Assembly (NCBI GenBank): GCA_036679605.1
Contig: JAZDCZ010000102.1
Location: 18,152 to 82,151, forward strand
Reading direction: 5' to 3'
DNA from: Gemmatimonadota bacterium
Lineage (GTDB): Bacteria; Gemmatimonadota; Gemmatimonadetes; Gemmatimonadales; GWC2-71-9
Length of the DNA: 64,000 nt
Shown here: one piece after another, positions 20,557-30,844 of the stretch
How positions within the stretch are numbered: position 1 is the first letter of the stretch
Layout of the letters: each line of letters starts with the position of its first letter
The notes under the pieces: model-generated
Databases searched by the model: none
Seen by the model: only the letters and a program-made list of their open reading frames with translations
What the model was told of the DNA's origin: nothing
Made by a program: the position numbers and the translations under genes

Positions 20557-23500
20557 CTAGAATATGTACCGCCCTCCTACCTGCACCGATCTCGGCGTAC
20601 CCAGGCCGGACTGAACCGTGCCATCGAAGTTGAACAGCAGCTCCCCGAAAGTCGGATCCAGGAAGTTGTCGGTGTCGGTCAGGTTGAAGACGTCCACGAT
20701 CACCTCAAAGGCGCTGGCACCACGAGTCCTGAACATTTTCGAGAAGCGGATATCCCACGAGAAGAACACGTTGTCCTTGCGCAGGGTGTTGCGCTTTATG
20801 ACGCTCCCGTCGGCACAGTTCCGGTCGACCTCGGCGGCAATGCGCTCTCCCGCAGCCGGAGCGAAACTACTGAACGGGCTGGCACCGCAGCTCGCCGACG
20901 CGGGCTGAGCAGAAGCCACACGCAGCCGGTTGTTGATGGAAATGTCGTGTGGCAGCATGGTCAGGAGCCATGCATTCAAGCGGTGCCGCTGGTCGCGGTC
21001 GCTCCAGTTGTAGTCTGCGTCGAGGCGGTCCGCCCGCGCGTACCGGAAGACGAACGGGTCACGCTCGTTGTCGTCATCCGACTTGTCGTACGAAAGTGTG
21101 TAGTTGACCTGGAACATCACCGGCCGAGTCATACGCTTGAGCCCAAGCGTCAGTCCATTGTAGCGGGACCTGCCCGAAGACTCCAGCGTAGTCAGGGCAC
21201 CGATACCATTCGCCCCGAGGGCACCCCCGGGTCCGAACGGGCTCCCCAACACTGCGTCATTGCGGTTGATGAAGCGGGCCAAGCCATCGGTGCTCGAGTG
21301 AGTATAGCTCACTGAGCCCGCAAGACCATTGGGAAGTTCCTGCTCGATCGCAAATGTCCCTGAAATCGTCCGGGGATTCTCGAAGTCCTTGTCGGTCACG
21401 AACACATCGGGAAGGAAGGGGCCTCCGGCCGGAGAAGGCAGCAGCTGGTCGATGTCGGGCGGCGGGCCAAGAACGCCTGTCAGCTCGCTGTTGCGGAACA
21501 GTGTTTGCCCAACGGAACCATTGGTGCTCCGCGTGCTTGCCAAGTTCAAAGCGGCGATGCGCGCGTAGTACCAACCGAGGCTGCCGCGGATCAGCGTCTT
21601 GCTATTACCCTGTACGTCCCACGCGAACCCGAACCGCGGTTGCCAGTTGTTGAGGTCGTCAGGAATGGTCCCGTCCGACGGAAACCCGCTCTGCCCGATG
21701 AAAGGTGCAAAGAACACGTCGGACGGCGGCGTTTGCACCGAGGGTTCGTAAGTTCCTTCCCAACGGAGTCCATAATTGAGCGTGAGGTTGGGATGCGGCC
21801 TCCACGAATCCTGGATGAAGAAGGCCAGCTCAGACTGCGGAATATCCTGAGTGCCCGCCTGCTCAAGGGTAAACGGAGATACCCCAGCCTGCTGAAGGTA
21901 GAGCAGCACAGGACCAGTGATGGTCTCTCCCGCCGGGCACGCGCCCGTCGTGTTACTACTACCATCAGAGCATTCGACGTACTGGTTGCCGTTTGCGGCA
22001 TAGTTCAGAAAGCCCTGCGTGCTGCTAAAGACGAATCGCCCGTTGCCAAAGCCTACAAACGTCTGCACGGTTTCCGTACGGTTGTACTCGACCCCGACTT
22101 TAATAATGTGATCGCCCGTGGCAAACGTTACGTTATCTACCAGCTGGATTCGTGTGTCGTGCGCCTTGACCGGTAGGAAAAACGGCATTCCCAACCGGAA
22201 CCCACCACCAAAGTCCATCGCGATGTCGGGGAGCGGGCGGTTGCCGTCCGGCGTGTCCACTCCGGGCGGAGCTGGTATACCGGGGAGGGTCGGCCCGGAG
22301 TAGGGCCGCGGCCGGTCCTCGCGGGCATACTGGAACCGGAACTCGTTGCTCACCCGGTCGGAGAGCACCGAGTTCAGACTGCCATTAACGGCATGGGAAA
22401 AATCCTTCTCCAAGCCGTTTGCGCTGCGCAACCAGGTGTCCACATCGAATGTACCGTTCTCCTGCTGCGACCACGTGTAGTTGTACTTGAGCGACAGGTT
22501 ATGCCTGGTACCCAAGCGGAAATCGAACTTGGCCATGAGCGCCCGCGCATTGTCCGTCCGGGCGATTGGCCCATCATCGCCACTCAGCACCCCGCCGAAG
22601 GCCGTGTCGACCCAGGCACTGAGCCCCGCATCGATCACGCGGTTCTGCTGTCGCGTGTCGTCTGAGTCCTGCGCATCGTAGGCGATGAAGAAGAACGCCT
22701 TGTCCTTGACGATGGGACCACCCAAGGTGAAACCGAACTGATGCTGCCGGAAGTCCGGATCGCGGGTCAACTGCTGGCCCGCACCGCCACACGCACCGCC
22801 CGAGTCCCTGCACTCGTGATTCGGCTTAGCCGCAATCTCATCGAACTTCCCAAAGTAGTGGAGCGAGCCGTGCAACTCGTTGGTCCCCGATTTGGTGATA
22901 ACGTTGACGAAGCCACCGCCCGAACGGCCGAACTCGGCGTTCGCCCCGTTGGCCACTACCACGATCTCTTGGACGGCGTCGAGGTTGAAGGTGAACGGCG
23001 GCCGTTGCCCGCCACGCTGTTCCCCGAAAAACGGATTGTTGAAGTCCGCGCCATCAACAGAAATGTTGTTGTGGATTCCCCGCTGACCCGAGATGGTCAG
23101 CTCCTCGCCATCCGGACCCTGCACTATGGAAACGCCAGGGGTCAAGGTCGTGAGATTGATGAAGTCCCGTCCGTTGTTTGGGAGACCTTGCGTGGCCTCC
23201 ACCGGTAGACGGGTCGCCGACTCGCTCTGCGATACATCCACAAGAGGCACCCGTGCCTGGACGACCACGGCCTCGAGCCTGATCGCCTGCCCCAGCCGCA
23301 GCTCAAGCACGACGATCTGACCCACACGTACTGCGATTCCACCCTCCTGGGTTTCCTGGAATCCGACCGCACGCCCCGTAATCTCGTAGGTTCCGAGCGG
23401 GAGGAGCGAAGCAACGAACCTGCCATTGGCCCGGGTGGTCAACGTCCGCCGGAAGTTGGTTCCCACTTCTCGGAGAACCACCGTCGCACCAACAACCGGG

Positions 23501-23634
23501 CTCCCCTGTTGATCGACCACGGTACCACGAATGATACCCGTGGTGGCCTGGGCCTGGGCGGCTGCGGAACTCGCGCCGGCAAGCAGAAGAATCACCAGAC
23601 CCAAAGCACAGCAACTCCAACGACGCATTGGCAT
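20557..23634 (-). CDS. Oar-like TonB-dependent receptor with an N-terminal carboxypeptidase-regulatory-like domain
   Basis: GIIRGTVVDQQG, LPNNGRDF, AEFGRSGGGFVNVITKSGTN, C-terminal PRSVQVGGRYIF; RBS before the ATG at 23634. Confidence 0.9.
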   Translation of the reverse strand: MPMRRWSCCALGLVILLLAGASSAAAQAQATTGIIRGTVVDQQGSPVVGATVVLREVGTNFRRTLTTRANGRFVASLLPLGTYEITGRAVGFQETQEGGIAVRVGQIVVLELRLGQAIRLEAVVVQARVPLVDVSQSESATRLPVEATQGLPNNGRDFINLTTLTPGVSIVQGPDGEELTISGQRGIHNNISVDGADFNNPFFGEQRGGQRPPFTFNLDAVQEIVVVANGANAEFGRSGGGFVNVITKSGTNELHGSLHYFGKFDEIAAKPNHECRDSGGACGGAGQQLTRDPDFRQHQFGFTLGGPIVKDKAFFFIAYDAQDSDDTRQQNRVIDAGLSAWVDTAFGGVLSGDDGPIARTDNARALMAKFDFRLGTRHNLSLKYNYTWSQQENGTFDVDTWLRSANGLEKDFSHAVNGSLNSVLSDRVSNEFRFQYAREDRPRPYSGPTLPGIPAPPGVDTPDGNRPLPDIAMDFGGGFRLGMPFFLPVKAHDTRIQLVDNVTFATGDHIIKVGVEYNRTETVQTFVGFGNGRFVFSSTQGFLNYAANGNQYVECSDGSSNTTGACPAGETITGPVLLYLQQAGVSPFTLEQAGTQDIPQSELAFFIQDSWRPHPNLTLNYGLRWEGTYEPSVQTPPSDVFFAPFIGQSGFPSDGTIPDDLNNWQPRFGFAWDVQGNSKTLIRGSLGWYYARIAALNLASTRSTNGSVGQTLFRNSELTGVLGPPPDIDQLLPSPAGGPFLPDVFVTDKDFENPRTISGTFAIEQELPNGLAGSVSYTHSSTDGLARFINRNDAVLGSPFGPGGALGANGIGALTTLESSGRSRYNGLTLGLKRMTRPVMFQVNYTLSYDKSDDDNERDPFVFRYARADRLDADYNWSDRDQRHRLNAWLLTMLPHDISINNRLRVASAQPASASCGASPFSSFAPAAGERIAAEVDRNCADGSVIKRNTLRKDNVFFSWDIRFSKMFRTRGASAFEVIVDVFNLTDTDNFLDPTFGELLFNFDGTVQSGLGTPRSVQVGGRYIF

Positions 23635-23786
23635 GTTTACCTCTCTAATCTGGGTGAATGTTGGACGGCATTCTGTGAATTTCTTGAGGGCCTTGAAAAG
23701 GGCGAAATTGTACGATAGCCCAACCTTCCACACTCGGCAACCCTATAGGAAACTAGAACCTCGGAGAACTACGAACTGTAACAAGA

Positions 23787-24257
23787 TTAGTAGTCTATTC
23801 TGTCCTCCATCTCCTCCCATTCGCGAAACGCTGTCCTAGCCTCATCCGCCAATAGACGAATAGTGGAAATGCTGCGCCGGTCAATTGGGAGGCTCAACTG
23901 CTGATATATTAACTCGTCGTCGAAACCGATCCGAGCGGCATCGGCTCGCGTGTTGGCATAGTAGATTTTGTCGATCCGCGCCCAGTAGATCGCGCTGAGA
24001 CACATCGGGCAGGGCTCGCAACTCGCAAAAATCTCACACCCATCCAGCCGAAAGCTGCCAACATTGCCACACGCCTGCCGGATCGCGACGACCTCGGCGT
24101 GGGCCGTGGGATCGTTTCGAGACGTCACTTGATTGTAACCTTCGCCCACGATCTCCCCGTCCTTAGCTATGACGGCGCCGAAAGGGCCTCCTTTGTGAGC
24201 CCGCATCATCTCCTCTGCCAAGGAGATCGCACGTTTCATGAGAGCTGTAGGATCCAT
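23787..24257 (-). CDS. guaD: Guanine deaminase (cytidine-deaminase fold)
   Basis: GGPFGA, DPTAHAE, SCEPCPMC and GFDD motifs. Confidence 0.85.
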   Translation of the reverse strand: MDPTALMKRAISLAEEMMRAHKGGPFGAVIAKDGEIVGEGYNQVTSRNDPTAHAEVVAIRQACGNVGSFRLDGCEIFASCEPCPMCLSAIYWARIDKIYYANTRADAARIGFDDELIYQQLSLPIDRRSISTIRLLADEARTAFREWEEMEDRIDY

Positions 24258-24289
24258 AGGACTCGGTTACCGTGACATGGTTCGACTCG

Positions 24290-25588
24290 TTACCACTCGG
24301 CAGTATGTAGCTGTTCTGACCGCGGAGCAAGCTCACGTCCCCCAGCCAGATACTGCTTCCAAGTAACTGAGTCATGGTCGTTCGGCACGTGCTGCATGGT
24401 GATACAACCCTTCACAGGGCAGACTTCCGCACAGAGGTTACACCCCACGCAAGATTCCTCGATAATCTCGACAACCGGAACGCCATCGCCTCGTGACATG
24501 CGGCGGATCGCTTGGTGCGCTCCGTCTTCGCAAGCCGTCCAGCAAAGCTCACAACCTATGCAGGTGCTCTGGTTGATCTCCGCAACCAGGTGATAGTTGA
24601 GGTCGAGCTCCTCCCACTTTACAACATTGGATACCGCCCGGCCGCAGATCTCGCCGAGCGTAGCGATCTCATGTTCGTCCATCCAATTCTCAAGCCCGTC
24701 GATCATGTCCTCGACGATCCGGAACCCGTAGTGCATGACAGCCGTACACACCTGGACAGTAGCAGCCCCAAGCAGGATGAACTCTGCTGCATCGCGCCAC
24801 GTCGCGACCCCACCGATCCCGGAGATCGGAAGGTGCACAGCCTCGTCACCGGCCACCGCCGACAGCAAGTGCAAGGCAATCGGCTTCACGGCAGGGCCAC
24901 AATATCCGCCATGACTCGACTTCCCTTTGACGGACGGAAGGGGTGAGAAGGTCTCCAGGTCCACTCCTACTATGGAATTTATTGTGTTTATCAAGGACAA
25001 CGCATCGGCACCTCCACGAACGGCGGCACGCGCAATAAACGTTATATCCGTAACGTTGGGGGTGAGCTTCACGATCACCGGAATCGTGGATACTTCCTTG
25101 ACCCATTCGACGATCTGAGTTGTATAGTCCGGAACCTGCCCCACCGCAGCCCCCATCCCACGTTCGCTCATGCCATGGGGACATCCGAAATTGAGTTCCA
25201 ATCCATCAGCACCGGTGCCCTCGGATCTCTTCACCATTTCATGCCATGACTCTCGCTTACTCTCAACCATCAACGAAACGACGATGGCATTCTGCGGATA
25301 GTGCTTCTTTACCAGTGCTATGTCTCTGAGGTTGTCGTCTATCGGACGATCGGTAATCAACTCGATGTTATTGAATCCCATCATCCGATTGATACCGAGA
25401 TCGACCGAGCCGTAGCGAGAAAACACGTTGATGATCGGGTCTCCGACCGTCTTCCATACCGCCCCGCCCCAGCCCGAGTCGAACGCCTTCGCAACCTGGC
25501 CGTACGTATTGGTTGGAGGACCCGACGCTAACCAAAAGGGGTTGGGACTCTTGATACCACCAAAATCAACCGTTAGATCTGCCATCAT
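24290..25588 (-). CDS. preA: Dihydropyrimidine dehydrogenase subunit PreA
   Basis: NPFWLASGPPT, ELNFGCPHGM, GGYCGPAVKP, C-terminal 2x[4Fe-4S] motifs. Confidence 0.95.
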   Translation of the reverse strand: MMADLTVDFGGIKSPNPFWLASGPPTNTYGQVAKAFDSGWGGAVWKTVGDPIINVFSRYGSVDLGINRMMGFNNIELITDRPIDDNLRDIALVKKHYPQNAIVVSLMVESKRESWHEMVKRSEGTGADGLELNFGCPHGMSERGMGAAVGQVPDYTTQIVEWVKEVSTIPVIVKLTPNVTDITFIARAAVRGGADALSLINTINSIVGVDLETFSPLPSVKGKSSHGGYCGPAVKPIALHLLSAVAGDEAVHLPISGIGGVATWRDAAEFILLGAATVQVCTAVMHYGFRIVEDMIDGLENWMDEHEIATLGEICGRAVSNVVKWEELDLNYHLVAEINQSTCIGCELCWTACEDGAHQAIRRMSRGDGVPVVEIIEESCVGCNLCAEVCPVKGCITMQHVPNDHDSVTWKQYLAGGRELAPRSEQLHTAEW

Positions 25589-25623
25589 ACCTCCAGGGTG
25601 CAACGCCGCATCTTCCGCACTTT

Positions 25624-25674
25624 ACTACCGCCTCTTTTCCTACCGCCTTGTTCTACCGCCCTGTTTTACCGCCC
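25624..25674 (-). repeat. Short repeat GGCGGTA(G) x4
   Basis: TACCGCC occurs four times at about 13-15 bp spacing between preT and preA. Confidence 0.6.
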
Positions 25675-26991
25675 CCTCATGCACAACAACTCGTGAATAT
25701 CCGCCGCCGCTTGCTTGCCCTCAGCCGCTGCATTCACGATCTCCGCGCCACCACTTCCGCAGTCGCCTCCTACAAACACATTTGACTTCTTGCTCACCAT
25801 GCGGCCATCGTCGTCTCGCAAGCATGTACCGTCAACGAAATCGGTGAGCGCAGTTTGTCCCAGTGCCTTGAGTACCATATCACATTCAATCACATGGGAT
25901 GAACCGTCTACCTCGACGGGTCGGCGAGCACCGCTTCCGTCCAACAGCGCGGGCTCCGTTATCACGCATTCGATGCCCGTTACCTTCTCGCTGCCTAGGA
26001 TCCGCTTGGGTGCCGTGGCAAAGCGAAACTCGCATCCGTCCCTCTTGGCAAGATCGTACTCGTAGTGATAGGCGGGCATCTCATTCTGACTCCGCCGATA
26101 GACTATTGTCGCACTCTCAGCTCCCAGACGCTTAGCCTGCGTAACGGCATCGATAGCTGTGTTACCAGCACCAATGACAACGACACGCTTGCCGACCGGT
26201 GTGTCGGCGTAGGGATGCGACTTGAGGTGCTCTATGAAATCCAGGGCATCGAGCACCCCCGACAGACCCTCTCCGGGAATCCCCAATTGTCGCGAGCCTC
26301 CTAACCCGACCGCGACGAACACGGCGTCGAAGTCCTTCTCCAACTGCTTCAACTGAATGTCCTCACCAACCGCGACACCCGTCCTCAACTCCACACCGAG
26401 TGCCAGAATCTGGCGACATTCAGCGAGAGCAATGTCACGCCTCATCTTGTACTCTGCGATTCCGTAGGTGTTGAGCCCGCCCGGTTGGTCCCTCGACTCA
26501 AATACTGTCACCGAGTAGCCAAGCCGGGCAAGATCCTGCGCACACGACAGCCCAGCCGGACCTGCACCCACAATGGCCACTCGCTTACCGTTCGGCTCAC
26601 CAGCCTCGAACAGCTGGACATTCTTCTCCAACACGTAATCAGTCGCGTGTCTCTGCAACAGAGCGATCTTGATCGGAGTCTCGTCGCGTTGATTCAACAC
26701 GCACGCGCCCTCACACAGCACTTCAACCGGACATGCCCGGGCGCAGGAGTGCCCCATAGGATTGGCATCCAATATCACTCGGGCGGATCCGACGAGATTT
26801 CCCGTGGAAATTTTCTTGATAAACGACGGCACGTCGATGTGCGTAGGACAGGCAATCGTACAAGGAGCATCGTAGCAATAGAGGCACTTGGTGGCCTCTA
26901 AGAGCACTGCATCCACCGTGAGTGCCGGTGCAATCTCCGAGAACCGCTCCTCGAGTTCCTCAGGCGTGCGCAGTGGAGACCAGTTACTCAT
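25666..26991 (-). CDS. preT: Dihydropyrimidine dehydrogenase subunit PreT (GltD-like)
   Basis: CLYCYDAPCTIACP, GAGPAGL and GAGNTAID motifs; adjacent to preA. Confidence 0.92.
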   Translation of the reverse strand: MSNWSPLRTPEELEERFSEIAPALTVDAVLLEATKCLYCYDAPCTIACPTHIDVPSFIKKISTGNLVGSARVILDANPMGHSCARACPVEVLCEGACVLNQRDETPIKIALLQRHATDYVLEKNVQLFEAGEPNGKRVAIVGAGPAGLSCAQDLARLGYSVTVFESRDQPGGLNTYGIAEYKMRRDIALAECRQILALGVELRTGVAVGEDIQLKQLEKDFDAVFVAVGLGGSRQLGIPGEGLSGVLDALDFIEHLKSHPYADTPVGKRVVVIGAGNTAIDAVTQAKRLGAESATIVYRRSQNEMPAYHYEYDLAKRDGCEFRFATAPKRILGSEKVTGIECVITEPALLDGSGARRPVEVDGSSHVIECDMVLKALGQTALTDFVDGTCLRDDDGRMVSKKSNVFVGGDCGSGGAEIVNAAAEGKQAAADIHELLCMRGR

Positions 26992-28462
26992 CGGATTCCA
27001 CCGGCATCGGAGACCCTCCCGCAACCTTGCCTCCCATCATTTTCATTCCTGCCAGATAGGTAACAGATGAAATAGCAAAACCCACAAACCACGCCCAGTT
27101 GTACACCGTCACAGCCAAAGTAGATGCCTCCAACATGCCCAGTGCCGACAAAAACCCCGGAAGATTTGGTGCAACACCGAGTATGAGTGCTGCCACAGCA
27201 ATCCAATTCAAGCCTTTCTGGTATTCATAGGCGCCGTTTCTCATGTAGAGTTGGTCAACCTTTAAGATTCCCTTTCTTAGAACGAAGTAATCGGCAATCA
27301 TTATCCCGGCCACCGGCCCCAACAGAGCACCATACCCGATGAGCCAGGTGAAGATGTACGCTTGGGCATCGTTGAATAGTTTCCATGGAAACATCACGAT
27401 CCCGATAACGGCAGTAATAATTACGCCCGTCTTGAAGGAGATCTTTCCCGGGGCCAGGTTGCTGAATCCGTTCGCCGGCGCTACGACGTTGGCAGCGATA
27501 TTTGTGGTGAGCGTCGCGATGGTAAGGCCGAGCATTGCGATGGCGACCGTGAACGGCCCGCCCACACGAGAGAGTAACTCAATCGGGTCTGAGATACGCG
27601 CACCGAAAATCACAAGCGTTGCGTTAGTGACCACGGCTCCTATAAACGAAAATAGTGCCATGGTGACCGGCAAGCCCAATGCTTGACCAACCAGCTGGTC
27701 TCGCTGTGTCTTGGCATAACGCGAAAAATCCGGAATCGAGAGGGCCATGGTGCCCCAAAACGCTACGGCCGAGGTAAGCCCAGCGCCGAACAACTGCCCT
27801 GCTGCACCAGATCCATTGTCTGCGGGCCTCGGCGGATTTTCCAACATGGGGCCGATTCCGCCGGCGTTCACAAGCGCCCAAGCGAAAAGGGCCGCGCCAA
27901 TAATCAACAAGAACGGCGAACCCCATGTCTCCAGAAGTCTGATCGACTCCATACCGCGAACAGCGATCCAGACATTGAGGCTCCAGAAAAACATGAAGCA
28001 CACAAACTCTCCCGTACCGAGTCCTACCCATCCGGGTAGAATGGCCGGCAGCGTTGCGACTCCCGGCCAAACGACCTCGAGTAGTTTGAATATCGCCCAG
28101 CCACCAATCCACGTCTGAATGCCGAACCAGCCACATGCGACGATGGAACGGAGTATGGATGGGATGTGCGCACCAACTACCCCGAAGGCCGCACGTGTCA
28201 TGACCGGAAACGGGATACCGTACCGGGTTCCCGCGTGTGAGTTGAGGGCAATCGGAATCAGAACGATCAAGTTCCCAAGAACCACCGACCCCACAGCAGT
28301 CTGCCAAGTCCAGCCCTGATCGACAAGACTTGACGCGAGCGTGTAGGTCGGAATAGTGATGGCCATTCCGACCCAAAGCGACGCTATGTTCAACCACGAC
28401 CAGGTACGCTGCTCCAATCCAACTGGTTCGAGGTCGCGGTTGGTCAGTGTATGTTCAGACAC
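26984..28462 (-). CDS. NCS1-family nucleobase:cation symporter
   Basis: GTRYGIPFPV, WFGIQTWIGG, IPDFSRY and NIAANVV motifs. Confidence 0.93.
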   Translation of the reverse strand: MSEHTLTNRDLEPVGLEQRTWSWLNIASLWVGMAITIPTYTLASSLVDQGWTWQTAVGSVVLGNLIVLIPIALNSHAGTRYGIPFPVMTRAAFGVVGAHIPSILRSIVACGWFGIQTWIGGWAIFKLLEVVWPGVATLPAILPGWVGLGTGEFVCFMFFWSLNVWIAVRGMESIRLLETWGSPFLLIIGAALFAWALVNAGGIGPMLENPPRPADNGSGAAGQLFGAGLTSAVAFWGTMALSIPDFSRYAKTQRDQLVGQALGLPVTMALFSFIGAVVTNATLVIFGARISDPIELLSRVGGPFTVAIAMLGLTIATLTTNIAANVVAPANGFSNLAPGKISFKTGVIITAVIGIVMFPWKLFNDAQAYIFTWLIGYGALLGPVAGIMIADYFVLRKGILKVDQLYMRNGAYEYQKGLNWIAVAALILGVAPNLPGFLSALGMLEASTLAVTVYNWAWFVGFAISSVTYLAGMKMMGGKVAGGSPMPVESDE

Positions 28463-28506
28463 CCTCTACCTGACCCGAACTGCCGCATTGACGTTGGCCA
28501 ACTCGA

Positions 28507-29889
28507 TCACATTGCCCGTTCCGCACGCTTGATGAACGAGCCGTCACCCGGCTTCCCAATGTATTTTCCGTCCTCGATTATCACTCGGCCCCGTGACATT
28601 ACCAACTCCGTAGCGCCCATGACCTTGCGACCTTCGTACGGGTTGTAGTCGACTCTCATGTGCAAGGAGTCCACACCAAGCGTTAACTCCTTTTCGGGGT
28701 CAAATACCACAATATCTGCGAATGACCCCGGCGCTATTGTGCCGCGCTGCGGCCAGAGGCCAAAGATCTTGGCCGGAGCGGTCGCCGTAATCTCCACGAA
28801 CCTATTCATTGAAATACGCTTCTGATGCACTCCTCCGTCGTATACCAGGCTCATTCTCGTCTCGATGCCTGGGGCTCCGTTCGGAATCTGCGAGAAGTCA
28901 TCGACTCCCATCTCCTTCTGCTCCTTCATACAGAAAGGACAATGGTCTGTAGATACGACTTGCAGGTCGTATCCCGACAGCCCGCGCCATAGATGATCGC
29001 GCTTAGCTGCGTCTCGGAGCGGCGGGCTCATTACGTACTTGGCCCCATCAAAACCGGGTTCCTCATAATTGTCGTATGAGAGGAACAAATATTGTGGGCA
29101 CGTCTCCGCATATGCTGGAAGCCCACGGTCCCTCGCTTCAGTAACCATCTCTAGGGCCTCGGCAGCCGACAGGTGAACGATGTAGATAGGTACGTCGGCC
29201 ATCTCCGCCAGTGCAATCGCTCGATGTGTCGCTTCAGCTTCTGCCCGCGCCGGTCGCGTCAAGGCGTGGTACTTTGGAGCTGTCTGTCCCCGCGCTAGCG
29301 CTCGCTTTACCAGAACGTCAATTACACCGCCGTTCTCGGCATGCATGCAGATGGTTCCGCCGTTTTCACCAGTGCGTAGCAACGCACGAAAAATCGATGC
29401 GTCGTCCAACATGAACACGCCCGGATACGCCATGAAGAGCTTAAAGGAAGTCACCCCCTCCTTGACCATGGCGTCCATTTCCTTCTCCGTCTGATCGTTC
29501 AGATCGGTCATGATCAGATGAAATCCATAATCGATCGCCGCCTTGCCCTCAGCCTTCTTCATCCATGTTTCCCAGGCGTCATGCAACGTTTCACCCTTAA
29601 ACTGGATGGCGAAGTCTACAATCGACGTCGTTCCTCCGAACGCAGCCGCAATCGTCCCCGTTTCAAAATCGTCCGCCGATTTTGTTCCCCCAAACGGCAT
29701 GTCGAGATGAGTGTGGACATCGATTCCACCGGGAATCACGTACTTCCCACTCGCGTCAATGACTTTGTCCGCAGTGACATCGAGCTTCGTACCGATCAGG
29801 GTGACTATTTCGTCCTCCACCAGCACATCACCCGAATACGTGTCACTGGCAGTGAAGATCGAACCGTTTTTTATCAGTGTGCGCGCCAT
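28507..29889 (-). CDS. hydA: Dihydropyrimidinase (D-hydantoinase)
   Basis: PGGIDVHTH, SFKLFMAY, HAENG and STDHCPF motifs. Confidence 0.95.
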   Translation of the reverse strand: MARTLIKNGSIFTASDTYSGDVLVEDEIVTLIGTKLDVTADKVIDASGKYVIPGGIDVHTHLDMPFGGTKSADDFETGTIAAAFGGTTSIVDFAIQFKGETLHDAWETWMKKAEGKAAIDYGFHLIMTDLNDQTEKEMDAMVKEGVTSFKLFMAYPGVFMLDDASIFRALLRTGENGGTICMHAENGGVIDVLVKRALARGQTAPKYHALTRPARAEAEATHRAIALAEMADVPIYIVHLSAAEALEMVTEARDRGLPAYAETCPQYLFLSYDNYEEPGFDGAKYVMSPPLRDAAKRDHLWRGLSGYDLQVVSTDHCPFCMKEQKEMGVDDFSQIPNGAPGIETRMSLVYDGGVHQKRISMNRFVEITATAPAKIFGLWPQRGTIAPGSFADIVVFDPEKELTLGVDSLHMRVDYNPYEGRKVMGATELVMSRGRVIIEDGKYIGKPGDGSFIKRAERAM

Positions 29890-29904
29890 CTTCTCATTTC
29901 CTCG

Positions 29905-30774
29905 CTATGGCAACTGCTCTACCATGTCGTCGTATGTTTCCGGACGTCGATCTCTAAAGAACTGCCACGTACGCCGCACTTCCTCGATCATATCGAGATC
30001 CATTTCAGCCACAATGAGTTCGTCACCGTCCTCACTCCCCTCGACGATGATACTACCACGCGGATCTACGAAATAACTCGAACCATAAAATTCACCAATA
30101 TTCCAGGGAGCTTCCGTCCCGACCCGGTTGATGCAGCCCATGAAGTAACCGTTTGCCACGGCGTGCGCCGGCTGCTCGAGCTTCCAGAGATATTGTGACA
30201 ACCCTTTCACCGTCGCCGACGGATTGAACACGATCTCGGCACCGTGTAACCCGAGCAGCCTGGCGCCCTCGGGAAAGTGCCGGTCATAGCAGATGTACAC
30301 TCCAATACGAGCATACCTGGTTTGGAAGGTTGGGTAACCAAGATTGCCCGGCTTGAAGAAATACTTCTCCCAAAAGCCAGAGGTATGCGGAATGTGATTC
30401 TTACGATACTTGCCTAGCAGACTACCGTCGGCATCGATGACCGCTGCCGAATTGTAGTAAACACCTGCCATCTCACGCTCATATATCGGTACGATGATGA
30501 CCATGTTGTGCTGCTTTGCTAGATCCTGCATCAGTTCGATTGTTGGACCCGGTATCTCTTCCGCGATATCACACCACTTGCTGTCCTGACTAGGACAGAA
30601 GTACGGACCGTTGAAGATCTCCTGCAAACACAGGATCTGAACTCCTTTCTTTCCAGCATCCTCGATAAAAGGGATGTGCTTCTCCAGCATGGCGTCTCGG
30701 ATCACCGCAATCGACGAGGTGTCGTCATTGACTGGATTAGACATCTGGATGAGACCAGCAGTAACCTTGCGCAT
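29905..30774 (-). CDS. Beta-ureidopropionase (nitrilase superfamily)
   Basis: Glu-Lys-Cys triad (LQEIF, YRKNHIP, ICYDRHFPE); operon context. Confidence 0.9.
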   Translation of the reverse strand: MRKVTAGLIQMSNPVNDDTSSIAVIRDAMLEKHIPFIEDAGKKGVQILCLQEIFNGPYFCPSQDSKWCDIAEEIPGPTIELMQDLAKQHNMVIIVPIYEREMAGVYYNSAAVIDADGSLLGKYRKNHIPHTSGFWEKYFFKPGNLGYPTFQTRYARIGVYICYDRHFPEGARLLGLHGAEIVFNPSATVKGLSQYLWKLEQPAHAVANGYFMGCINRVGTEAPWNIGEFYGSSYFVDPRGSIIVEGSEDGDELIVAEMDLDMIEEVRRTWQFFRDRRPETYDDMVEQLP

Positions 30775-30844
30775 TCGTTCCTCGTATTTGTGACGACGGA
30801 TCGCCGATCACCTACCGCTCAACGCCATGCCCTATAGGCGACTT

